Of a stretch of DNA of 64,000 nucleotides, positions 1 to 8,814 are shown in pieces (the stretch's first letter is position 1; every line of letters starts with the position of its first letter). Origin of the DNA: Candidatus Subterrananammoxibius californiae (GTDB lineage: Bacteria; Planctomycetota; Brocadiia; Brocadiales; Subterrananammoxibiaceae); the NCBI GenBank assembly GCA_030586555.1, contig JAURAC010000002.1, positions 32,001 through 96,000 on the forward strand. Reading direction: 5' to 3'. Both the position numbers and the translations under genes were made by a program. The notes beneath the pieces were generated by a model. It was not told the DNA's origin. It ran no database searches and was given only the letters and a program-made list of their open reading frames with translations.

Positions 1-93
1 TAAGGAAAATCTTTTGGCGAGATTATAAACGAAGGGTCTGAAACCCACCCCTTGAACAAGTCCCCTGGCAGAAATTTGCATCCTTTTTGGCAT
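1..93 (-). CDS. hypF: HypF carbamoyltransferase N-terminus (acylphosphatase-like domain), runs off the window start
   Basis: Not in the ORF track. Manual translation from ATG 93 gives MPKRMQISARGLVQGVGFRPFVYNLAKRFSL, and GxVQGVGFRPFVY is the HypF N-terminal motif. A stand-alone acylphosphatase cannot be excluded. Confidence 0.75.
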   Translation of the reverse strand, partial: MPKRMQISARGLVQGVGFRPFVYNLAKRFSL

Positions 94-171
94 GTCACGC
101 CTAAGGCGGATTCGCCAATTTTTTTGGCGAAACTGCCGTCCTGCATAAACAAAGGTTAACCCCTTTTATTA

Positions 172-2673
172 TTATACCAACAAACCCTCATAAATAAAGC
201 CTTTTGTATTTTCTGCGACAAGTTCCGGGTCAACCTGAATCCTTGCAACACCTGTGTCCATTGCAGCCTTTGCAACGGCAGCGGCTACGGCAGGAGGAAC
301 TCGGAAGTCCATTCCGCTCGGTATGACGTATTCCGGCTTTAGTTCTTTATCCGATACAAGGCTTGCAATGGCATGGGCGGCGGCTATCTTCATCTCCTCA
401 TTAATACACCTTGCCCTCGCATCAAGAGCGCCCCGAAAAAGTCCCGGGAAGCAGAGGCAATTATTTATTTGATTATCATAATCAGAACGTCCTGTGCCTA
501 CAATCCTTGCCCCTCCAGCCTTTGCATCCTCTGGCATAATCTCAGGGATAGGATTTGCCATTGCGAAGACAATTGCGTCCTTAGCCATCGTCTGAACCAT
601 TTCTTTTGTAACTACCCTGGCGGCAGAAACTCCAATAAATACATCACATCCGCACATAGCATCAGCCAGCGTACCTTTTAGTTTTTGGATATTTGTAACC
701 CTTGCAATCTCATCCTTTGCAGGGTTCATATTTACCTCCCTGCCTTCGTAGATTATGCCCTTTGTATCGCACAATGTTAAATCCTTCACGCCTGTGGAAA
801 GCAAGAGTTTCGCAATTGCAATGCCAGCGGCTCCAGCGCCATTTACTGCCACCTTAATATTAGAAAAGTCCTTGCCAACAAATTTCAGGGCGTTAATTAG
901 CCCGCCAAGCACTACGGTAGCAGCACCATGCTGGTCATCGTGAAATACGGGGATATCTAATTCCTTTTTAAGTTGCTCCTCAACATAAAAACAACGCGGT
1001 GCGGAAATATCCTCAAGATTAATGCCTCCAAAGGCTGGCGCTATATGCTTTACCACATTAACAATCTCATCCGGGTCATCGGTAGCAAGACATATCGGAA
1101 AGGCTTCTACCCCTGCAAAGGCATGGAAAAGCACCGCCTTACCCTCCATTACCGGCAGTCCAGCCCTTGGACCGATATTGCCCAAGCCAAGCACCGCAGT
1201 GCCATCCGTAACAATAGCTACAAAGTTGCCTTTTGTTGTGTAATCAAAGACCTTTGTTTTGTCCTTCTCAATCTCCTTTACAGGCGACATTGCAGCTGGA
1301 GGCAGAAAGAGAAGATTAAGGATATAATCGTCCTTAACAGGTATCTTACTCTTTACCTCAAGCACCCCTCTGTATCTTGAGCGTAGCTCAAGCGCTTCTT
1401 CGGATAAAGACATCTTCTTATGCGATTTTGGAGGCACAGGCATACGCCCTTCGTAGACAAATCTTCGTGTTCTTTCTGCAATTTCTTCAGGGTCAACCTT
1501 AATCCTCGCCTCGCCAGTGGCGATGGCTGCCTTAGCAACAGCGGCAGCTATTGCAGGAGCAACACGAAAATCAAAGACCTTTGGCAATATGTGTTCAGCG
1601 CTGAGTTCTTCGTCTGATACAATGCCTGCCAGCGCATCAGCCGCTGCCTGTACCATTGTACTATTCATGTTGCGTGCTTGAATGTCAAGCACACCCCTAA
1701 AAACCCCTGGAAACACAAGGGCTATATCCATCTGATTGCGGAAGTCGGAGCGTCCCGTGGCAACGACTTTTACGCCCCCCTTTTTAGCCTCAGCTGGTAG
1801 TATTTCTGGCTCTGGCACTGCAAGGGCAAATACAATGGGGTCTTTTGCCATGGCGCTGACCATTTCGGCTGTCAGCAGGTTTCCAGCAGAAAGACCGACA
1901 AATAAATCTGCTCCTTTAATAACCTCAGCAAGGCTTCCTTTTATGCAATCTGGGTTGGTCATCCTTGCAACTTCCCACTTTGCCCAGTTCATTCTTTGCA
2001 TGCGGTACTTGTAAATAGCCCCCGCCCTATCACAGAGTATGAGATACTTCACGCCTGCTTTAACTAATGCCTTTGCCACTCCAATCCCCGCTGCGCCAGC
2101 GCCATTTATTACCACGCGAATTTCATCTATCTTTTTGTTGACGATTTTAAGGGCATTCTTTAAACCGGCAAGGACCTCAATTGCTGCGGCATGATGGTGG
2201 TTGTGAAAGACGGGGATATTGGTTGCTCGACTCAGGTGGTCTTCAATGGTAAAACACCGCGGAGACGATATGTCTTCTAAGCATACAGCGCCAAAGGTAG
2301 GCGAAAGGGTTGTTACGGTCTGAATTATCTCGAATGTGTCCTGGGTGTCGAGGCAGATGGGGATTGCGTCAACCCCTGCAAATGTTTTAAAGATGACCGC
2401 CTTGCCCACCATTATGGGTAATGCAGCCTCAGGTTCTACATTAACGGAGCTTAGTACGTGTGAGCCATCGGTAACTATGGCAACGGTGTTTCCTCGACAT
2501 GTATAATCAAAGCATGTTCTGGGATTCTTTGCTATCTCGAGACATGCGGCGGCAACCCCGGGGGTATAGACAAGGCTTAATATCGCCCTATCCTTAATCG
2601 GCACCTTGCTTTCAACACCGATTATCCCTTTAAACCTTCGCCTGTACTCGAGGGCTTCTTGTTCTGGTTTCAC
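172..2673 (-). CDS. Tandem-duplicated small-subunit NAD(P)-dependent malic enzyme (two ME domains fused)
   Basis: Two ~410-aa halves, each with VAIVTDG, LEDIS.PRCF, NGAGAAG and TGRSD motifs; GTG start. Confidence 0.9.
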   Translation of the reverse strand: MKPEQEALEYRRRFKGIIGVESKVPIKDRAILSLVYTPGVAAACLEIAKNPRTCFDYTCRGNTVAIVTDGSHVLSSVNVEPEAALPIMVGKAVIFKTFAGVDAIPICLDTQDTFEIIQTVTTLSPTFGAVCLEDISSPRCFTIEDHLSRATNIPVFHNHHHAAAIEVLAGLKNALKIVNKKIDEIRVVINGAGAAGIGVAKALVKAGVKYLILCDRAGAIYKYRMQRMNWAKWEVARMTNPDCIKGSLAEVIKGADLFVGLSAGNLLTAEMVSAMAKDPIVFALAVPEPEILPAEAKKGGVKVVATGRSDFRNQMDIALVFPGVFRGVLDIQARNMNSTMVQAAADALAGIVSDEELSAEHILPKVFDFRVAPAIAAAVAKAAIATGEARIKVDPEEIAERTRRFVYEGRMPVPPKSHKKMSLSEEALELRSRYRGVLEVKSKIPVKDDYILNLLFLPPAAMSPVKEIEKDKTKVFDYTTKGNFVAIVTDGTAVLGLGNIGPRAGLPVMEGKAVLFHAFAGVEAFPICLATDDPDEIVNVVKHIAPAFGGINLEDISAPRCFYVEEQLKKELDIPVFHDDQHGAATVVLGGLINALKFVGKDFSNIKVAVNGAGAAGIAIAKLLLSTGVKDLTLCDTKGIIYEGREVNMNPAKDEIARVTNIQKLKGTLADAMCGCDVFIGVSAARVVTKEMVQTMAKDAIVFAMANPIPEIMPEDAKAGGARIVGTGRSDYDNQINNCLCFPGLFRGALDARARCINEEMKIAAAHAIASLVSDKELKPEYVIPSGMDFRVPPAVAAAVAKAAMDTGVARIQVDPELVAENTKGFIYEGLLV

Positions 2674-2744
2674 GGTGATGGCTCCTTAATTGTTACCACC
2701 CTCATAAGGGCAGGTTTGAAACCTGCCCCTACAATTTTTTAGAT

Positions 2745-3827
2745 TTAAAACTTATCGAAATAGATGTCTGACTCTTTTACGCCTTTGGTGGTGAGAACCT
2801 TTACCGCAGCGTCAATCATAGGTGGTGGTCCACAGAGATATCCTTCTACATTTCCAAAGTCTTTAATATATTTTGGAATTGCAAGGTGGATGAAGCCTGT
2901 ATCACCCGTCCAGTTATCCTCTGGACTTGTTACGGAAAGGGCTGGAATAAATTTGAAGTTCGGGTGTTCTTTCTCCATCTTCCGGAATTCCTCAACATAA
3001 AAAAGGTCCCTCTTTTGTCTTGCGCCAAAGAAGTACGTAACCTTTCTATCGGTGCCCTTTTCAAAAAGGTGGTATATTATACACTTTATCGGGGCAACAC
3101 CAGAACCACCTGCAACACAGACAATCTCTTTTTGGGATTCTTCCCTTAAATAGAAATTACCATAAGGACCGGTAACGGTGGCAGTATCGCCCTTCTTTAA
3201 TACCTTGAACATATAGGTCGTGCAAAGGCCTTCAGGAACCAACCTGACAATTAAATCTACGAAATCCTTCTGACCTGGAACAGAGGCAATTGAATATGCC
3301 CTAAACTCTGGGGTTTTGGGTATCTGGAATTGAACGTATTGACCAGCTTTGAAATTAATAGTATCTGGTTCCAATAATTTTAGCCTGAACAGCTTCATAT
3401 CATATGTAAGGTCTTGAATCTCTTCGACGACTGTCTTATATTCCTTGGCAAATAGCAGTTCTTCGGGTATGAAGACCTCGATATCAGATTTTACCTTGAC
3501 CTGGCATGATATTCTCACGTTATCCTTGAGCTCTTTTTTTGAAAGAAACGGCATCTCGGTGGGAAGTACCAGCCCGCCTCCTTTAGCTATTTTTACCTTG
3601 CAGAAACCACATGTGGCTCTACCACCGCATGCAGAAGGGATAAAAATCTTATTCTCGAATAAATAGTAAAGCAGGCTATTGCCGCCAATGACATTAATAG
3701 TCTTGTCTTTGTTCAGTGTGATGTTGCATGGGCCGTATGTGGCGAGGAAATAATCTACAAGTGCGAGGATAATCCCCAGCACACCAACAATAGCTAACAT
3801 AATAATTATGGGCCAGATGTATGCCAT
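2745..3827 (-). CDS. nqrF: NqrF-like NADH-oxidising subunit (TM anchor, [2Fe-2S], FAD/NAD domains)
   Basis: N-terminal hydrophobic helix, SACGGRATCGFC...SCQ, RAYS, GGSGVAP, CGPPPM, C-terminal FDKF. Confidence 0.85.
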   Translation of the reverse strand: MAYIWPIIIMLAIVGVLGIILALVDYFLATYGPCNITLNKDKTINVIGGNSLLYYLFENKIFIPSACGGRATCGFCKVKIAKGGGLVLPTEMPFLSKKELKDNVRISCQVKVKSDIEVFIPEELLFAKEYKTVVEEIQDLTYDMKLFRLKLLEPDTINFKAGQYVQFQIPKTPEFRAYSIASVPGQKDFVDLIVRLVPEGLCTTYMFKVLKKGDTATVTGPYGNFYLREESQKEIVCVAGGSGVAPIKCIIYHLFEKGTDRKVTYFFGARQKRDLFYVEEFRKMEKEHPNFKFIPALSVTSPEDNWTGDTGFIHLAIPKYIKDFGNVEGYLCGPPPMIDAAVKVLTTKGVKESDIYFDKF

Positions 3828-3877
3828 AATAAGTTTAAGAGTTTAAGAGTTACGAGTCTGGAGTCAAGACTTATTAC

Positions 3878-4456
3878 TCATGTTTTAACGATTCCGAGGA
3901 GCCCGGTAAAAGCAAGTGCCATTATGCCGGCAATAATGACGGTTATACCGGGACCTTCAAGCGCCCTTGGAACATTTGAAAATCTGAGCTTCGTTCTTAT
4001 TCCTGCCATAGCAACTATAGCAAGAAGCCACCCGATTCCTGCTCCTGTACCGTAAGCGAGGCTTTCCATATAGTTATACTCCCATACAGTCATAAAGAGG
4101 GCAAGACCAAAGATGGCGCAGTTTACGGTTATAAGAGGAAGGAAAACGCCGAGGTTTATATAAAGTGTGGGGGAAGACCTTTCTATAATAATTTCTACAA
4201 CCTGAACAAGGGCAGCAATAACAGCGATATACACTGGATACTGAAGATACTCAAGATGAGCAGGTACTAAAATGTAATGATTTATAGGCCAGTTTATTGC
4301 TGCAGTGAGCATCATCACAAAGGTAACGGCGGTGCCCATGCTCGTGGCGGTCTTAATATCGCCTGAAACGGCTATAAACGGACACATTCCGAGGAAATAA
4401 TTTAAAAGAATGTTGTTCGTAAAAATCCCTGCGATAAATATAGAGAGAAATCTCAT
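3878..4456 (-). CDS. nqrE: NqrE/RnfA membrane subunit
   Basis: FLGMCPFIAVS and LPLITVNCAI motifs, about 6 TM helices. Confidence 0.85.
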   Translation of the reverse strand: MRFLSIFIAGIFTNNILLNYFLGMCPFIAVSGDIKTATSMGTAVTFVMMLTAAINWPINHYILVPAHLEYLQYPVYIAVIAALVQVVEIIIERSSPTLYINLGVFLPLITVNCAIFGLALFMTVWEYNYMESLAYGTGAGIGWLLAIVAMAGIRTKLRFSNVPRALEGPGITVIIAGIMALAFTGLLGIVKT

Positions 4457-4569
4457 GTTTCACCTCCTCGAATTTGTCATGCCGAACCTGTTTCGGCATC
4501 TCTTATTACGACATCCAAAACAGACCCTGAAACAAGTTCAGGGTAACATGTTGGGGGTTCCCTTACTTT

Positions 4570-5187
4570 TCACTTTTTAGCTATCCAGGGCTTTGTGATG
4601 GCACGCATTACCCACATGTAGATGCCGAGTACGAAAAATCCACCCGGAGCAATTATCATAATGACCCAGCTTTCCCACCATTTGCCCATCAGAGGAATGT
4701 TCATAATGCTTCCAAATCCCAGAACTTCTCTGACAAGGGAGATTACAAACAGAGACACTGCATAACCTAATCCAGTACCAAGGGCATCGAGAAAAGAATG
4801 CCAGGGTCCGTTACTTGAGGCAAATGATTCAGCGCGTCCCATAACGATACAGTTGGTAATGATTAGCCCTACATAAGCCCCTAATGTGGAGCTCATCTCT
4901 GGATAATATGCCTTGAGATACTGGTCAATAAAAACGACGTATACGGCTATAACTACGGTATAAACCGCCATTCTAACTCGCTTTGGGGTGACATTTCTTA
5001 TAAGGGAAATCGTTACTGAACTCGCACAGGTGGTTAAGGTAACAGCAATCCCCATGACCATAGTATTAAGGGCATTATTTGTTACTGCAAGCGCAGAACA
5101 GATTCCGAGTATCATTCCAAAGGTGGGATTGTTCTTCCAAAACACATCATGAAATACCTTATAGCCTTTAGTTTGAGCTATGCTCAT
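4570..5187 (-). CDS. nqrD: NqrD/RnfE membrane subunit
   Basis: LGICSALAVT, GLIITNCIVMGRAE and APGGF motifs. Confidence 0.85.
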   Translation of the reverse strand: MSIAQTKGYKVFHDVFWKNNPTFGMILGICSALAVTNNALNTMVMGIAVTLTTCASSVTISLIRNVTPKRVRMAVYTVVIAVYVVFIDQYLKAYYPEMSSTLGAYVGLIITNCIVMGRAESFASSNGPWHSFLDALGTGLGYAVSLFVISLVREVLGFGSIMNIPLMGKWWESWVIMIIAPGGFFVLGIYMWVMRAITKPWIAKK

Positions 5188-5303
5188 TGCAACCTCCCTT
5201 CCTCCTTAATTTTGTTGGTAGACAACGAGGTTTACCTCGTTGATGTTTTCGATTCAACGAACATAAAGCTGAAAGTCCGCCATCTTTTGGGTGGGTTCGT
5301 TGT

Positions 5304-5924
5304 CTACCGGTAAGACACAGGTGCTTTGCCTTTACCGAGCTTTTCAAAGAAAATCTTGGCATTTTTGTTTATAATAGTTTCGAGCGCCTTACTGGTTTGT
5401 GTTGCACCGGTAACTCCATCAACCTCGTTTGTACCAACAGCCTTTCTATAAGAAACAATAGTAAAGTTAGGCTTTATTTTTTTCCCTTTAAATTGAGCTT
5501 GAAACTCTGGCTCTATTATGCGGGCTCCAAGTCCCGGGGTCTCCGTTTGAGAAAGAATCTTTATGTCTTTTATGGTTTCAAGGTCTGGCTCAAGCGCTAT
5601 TATAGCGGATATGGGCGCCCAGAATCCCGGACCATCAACTTCAAAGGCAACAGCGGCTAATTTCTCACCTTCTTTGTCTTTACCATACAACTCATAGTGG
5701 ACGAAGTCTTCTTCTATTTTGGGCTTAACGCCCTTTTTGAAGACCGCATCAAGGTTCTCTTCCGTATATGAAATACCAAAGACATCGAGGACAGTCTTTT
5801 TAAGCTTTGTCTCTTTATTATAGGCAACAATTGGTGCTGTATAAACATTAATTACCCCTAACATTGCCGCACTAACACCACCCACAATGAGCAGCAAAGT
5901 CACCATCCAGATTCTACTCTTCAC
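5304..5924 (-). CDS. nqrC: NqrC/RnfG FMN-binding subunit
   Basis: N-terminal TM helix, GPGFW, ETPGLG, DGVTGAT flavinylation motif. Confidence 0.85.
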   Translation of the reverse strand: MKSRIWMVTLLLIVGGVSAAMLGVINVYTAPIVAYNKETKLKKTVLDVFGISYTEENLDAVFKKGVKPKIEEDFVHYELYGKDKEGEKLAAVAFEVDGPGFWAPISAIIALEPDLETIKDIKILSQTETPGLGARIIEPEFQAQFKGKKIKPNFTIVSYRKAVGTNEVDGVTGATQTSKALETIINKNAKIFFEKLGKGKAPVSYR

Positions 5925-6997
5925 GGCTTTATTCCTTTATAATGGATTGAAAGGGCTATTCTGTCTATTAATGGTGCAAATATGTTCATAAAGATTATGG
6001 CAAACATGACACCTTCAACAAACCCGGTGAGGCCTCTTATTAACACGGTTATTATTCCCAGCATTATTCCGTATGCCCACTTACCACCATTGGTAAAAGG
6101 GGCGGAAACAGGGTCCGTCGCCATGAACATTGCCCCGAACAATAACCCCCCGGAAAGAATCTGAAAAAGAGGCGGGGCAAAGGACTTTGGCATGAGTAGT
6201 GACATTATAAAAGAAAATAGCGCAGCGCTTACAATGTATGAGATAGGCAACCTCCAGTTAGCCACCTTTGTAAGCATAAGGATAACACCGCCAATGATTA
6301 TAACGAGCTTGCAAGTCTCCCCGAGCGAACCGGAAATATTTCCAAAAAAGAGATTCCAGTACGACGGTATTTCTCCACTTCCCCGAAAATTTATCAATGG
6401 AGAAGCAGACGTAACCGCATCAACAGAATAAGCGGTAAAGCCTCCGAAGAATCCCTTTACTGGTTCCTGCCATGTGGTTGTCATGGTGGATGGGAATGTA
6501 ACGGTGAGGAAGATGCGTCCAACCATGGCAGGATTAAAGATATTCTTTCCTGTGCCGCCAAATACCTCCTTGCCAAAAACAAGCCCGAAAACAATCCCCA
6601 CTGCCGCCATCCAGATTGGAATCGTTGGTGGAAGAATTAATGGATAAATTATGCAGCTAACAAATGCGCCTTCACTTAACACCTCTTTTCTGATTACAGA
6701 AAAAACCGTCTCTGCGAGAATACCCGCTATATATGATGTAGCAATTATGGCTAATGCCCTCCAGCCGTAGAAGTAGATTGCAGCAATCGCTGAGGGGACG
6801 ATGGTTAAAACCACCGTTATCATGTACCGTTTATTATCAATATAGTCACGGATATGGGGTGCTGCAATGGTTACCTGTGATGTGCCAAAGAGGAAGGTGT
6901 CAACAGCATCTATCGGTTGTTTTAAGACCTGCAATGGCTTACTTACCTTCATGGTCTCATAGGTTTTGTCAAGCATTGCTCTGAGAAGCTGTATCAT
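5921..6997 (-). CDS. nqrB: NqrB/RnfD membrane subunit
   Basis: PHIRD..D.KR, GKEVFGGTGKNIFNPA, FMATDPVS and EGVMFAI motifs. Start placed at ATG 6997, which overlaps the upstream stop (ATGA). Confidence 0.85.
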   Translation of the reverse strand: MIQLLRAMLDKTYETMKVSKPLQVLKQPIDAVDTFLFGTSQVTIAAPHIRDYIDNKRYMITVVLTIVPSAIAAIYFYGWRALAIIATSYIAGILAETVFSVIRKEVLSEGAFVSCIIYPLILPPTIPIWMAAVGIVFGLVFGKEVFGGTGKNIFNPAMVGRIFLTVTFPSTMTTTWQEPVKGFFGGFTAYSVDAVTSASPLINFRGSGEIPSYWNLFFGNISGSLGETCKLVIIIGGVILMLTKVANWRLPISYIVSAALFSFIMSLLMPKSFAPPLFQILSGGLLFGAMFMATDPVSAPFTNGGKWAYGIMLGIITVLIRGLTGFVEGVMFAIIFMNIFAPLIDRIALSIHYKGIKP

Positions 6998-8463
6998 ACA
7001 CTTACCCCTTCTTCTACAATCCTCCTTCTGCCCGCTTGAATATCCTCCATAAGAGGAATCTTTGCAGGACAGACGTAGGTACACAAACCGCAATCTATGC
7101 AGGCATATAGCTTTAGCTTAAGTGTTTCCTCGAGGGGGCCAAATCTGACGTATTTGCTTAATAGGTGAGGCATCATATCTACAGGACAAGCATCCGTACA
7201 GTACGTGCATACTATGCAAGGTCTGAACTCTCCATGTATGTTTGTATCGCTTCGCTTTTTCCAGAACGGGAAAATAGCAGATAAAAATGTATTTGAGAAG
7301 GAATGCCTGTTTATGCCGGGTCTCAGGAAGGTAAGAAATTCCCGCTTTTTGTTTTCTTCAAGGGCAACAATTGAAGATGTTGTTTTAGTTATAGGAACGG
7401 ATAAATCGCTCTGGGTGATGCCTGTCATAATGCCGCCTAATATAACCCTTTTTTCAACGTCCCCTTTTATCCTATGGGCTAATATGTGCTCAATGGGTGT
7501 TCCTACGCGGACTTTAACGGCAATATTATCTTTATAAGCAGAACCACCCAGGGTAACAATCCTTTCAATAAGGGGTTTTCCTTCAACTACCGCCTCGTAT
7601 GCATGAAGCACTGCCTGAACATCTAAAACTACTATGCCTATGTCAGCCGCATGGCCACCATACGGAACTACCCTGCTAAGTATTGTATTTGTAAGGACAG
7701 CTTCGTGTTCTTGAGGGTATTTTGGCTTTAAAGGATAGATGTGAAGCCACGACCCAAGCCCCGCTTGGGTGCCCCGACCTTTTGCGGCATTAATAAGCTT
7801 GATAATAATTTCATTATCCTGCCGATTTATTCCAATATGCACATTCGCTTTTGGCAGGGCTTGCCTTAAAATTCTTACCCCTGTAACAAATCTCTCTATC
7901 GCTTGCCCTGAACTTGTTTCAGGGTTGCCCTTAAGCAATATTTCATTAGTTGGTAAAAAGGGTTCTGTATTTACGGCATTAATTATAAGGTCGGTTATAT
8001 TTTCTACCTTAGCAGAGGACGTGTTATATCTTGTAGGGAAACCCGATGGACCTAAAGAGGTTACACCAGCCGTGTATAGAATCTTTCCTATTTCATCAGG
8101 TTTTTTACTTTCAAATTTTGGAGATGCCACCTCAATCTTTGTCCACCCTTTGGAACCGTCAGATTTGATAACAATCGCATAGACTTCATTGTTTAGATAT
8201 TTTATCTTGATAAACTGCTCTACGGTTCCATTAACACTGGCGAGTACGGGTGTCGAAATAGATGAATCGCGTATACCAATAACCTGGCCTGCCGTTACCT
8301 TATCGAGGGGCTTTACTGTGGGTGGGACTTCACTTCCGTATCCCTGTTTTAAAGGAATAATGACTCTGGCAGGTAGCGGTACTTCTTCTATCGTGGGTTT
8401 TGGGATGCCACTAAAATTTTTTAAAAAAAATCCACCACTAAATGTTTTTCTATATGCAAGCAA
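6994..8463 (-). CDS. rnfC: RnfC-like (NqrA-position) subunit with two C-terminal [4Fe-4S] motifs
   Basis: N-terminal barrel, GFPT, KYPQ, SLBB domain, CIVCTYCTDACP and CIDCGLCTYVCP. Confidence 0.85.
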   Translation of the reverse strand: MLAYRKTFSGGFFLKNFSGIPKPTIEEVPLPARVIIPLKQGYGSEVPPTVKPLDKVTAGQVIGIRDSSISTPVLASVNGTVEQFIKIKYLNNEVYAIVIKSDGSKGWTKIEVASPKFESKKPDEIGKILYTAGVTSLGPSGFPTRYNTSSAKVENITDLIINAVNTEPFLPTNEILLKGNPETSSGQAIERFVTGVRILRQALPKANVHIGINRQDNEIIIKLINAAKGRGTQAGLGSWLHIYPLKPKYPQEHEAVLTNTILSRVVPYGGHAADIGIVVLDVQAVLHAYEAVVEGKPLIERIVTLGGSAYKDNIAVKVRVGTPIEHILAHRIKGDVEKRVILGGIMTGITQSDLSVPITKTTSSIVALEENKKREFLTFLRPGINRHSFSNTFLSAIFPFWKKRSDTNIHGEFRPCIVCTYCTDACPVDMMPHLLSKYVRFGPLEETLKLKLYACIDCGLCTYVCPAKIPLMEDIQAGRRRIVEEGVSV

Positions 8464-8497
8464 GTTTAGTCACCAGCCAATCTAATAAGTGCAGTCC

Positions 8498-8526
8498 ATT
8501 ATAAAGTCAAATTCGCTTTTTTGCAA
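8498..8526 (-). promoter_or_regulatory. sigma70-type promoter of the rnfC-nqrBCDEF-malic enzyme operon
   Basis: Minus strand TTGCAA-17 bp-TATAAT directly upstream of 8463. Confidence 0.6.
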
Positions 8527-8559
8527 GGAGTTTCGAACTTGGTTTTCATCCCAACGGGA

Positions 8560-8745
8560 TTAATCCTCTTCAACTAACTCAAAATTCTCCTTAGAACGTC
8601 CGCAATCAGGACAAGCTTCTGGAGGCGACTCGACCTCATGATGCAAGTACCCGCAAAAGGTGCATTTCCATACTAACTGCATATTCTTGCAAAGAGGACA
8701 ACTTGGTGTATAATGACATCCTTCGCTGTCGTCATTTATATTCAT
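8560..8745 (-). CDS. Small rubredoxin-like (rubrerythrin C-terminal type) protein
   Basis: WKCTFCGY...PPEACPDCG plus extra N-terminal Cys residues; GGAGGT RBS before ATG 8745. Confidence 0.7.
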   Translation of the reverse strand: MNINDDSEGCHYTPSCPLCKNMQLVWKCTFCGYLHHEVESPPEACPDCGRSKENFELVEED

Positions 8746-8814
8746 AACAATACCTCCCATCCCTCCACCATTCCCTCCCTACTGAGGGAGAGGGAAGGGA
8801 GAGGTGGTGTTGAA

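Noticed and set aside
6998..7093. N-terminal extension of NqrB in the ORF track
   Set aside because: It overlaps the RnfC Fe-S region; the ATGA-coupled start at 6997 is more plausible.
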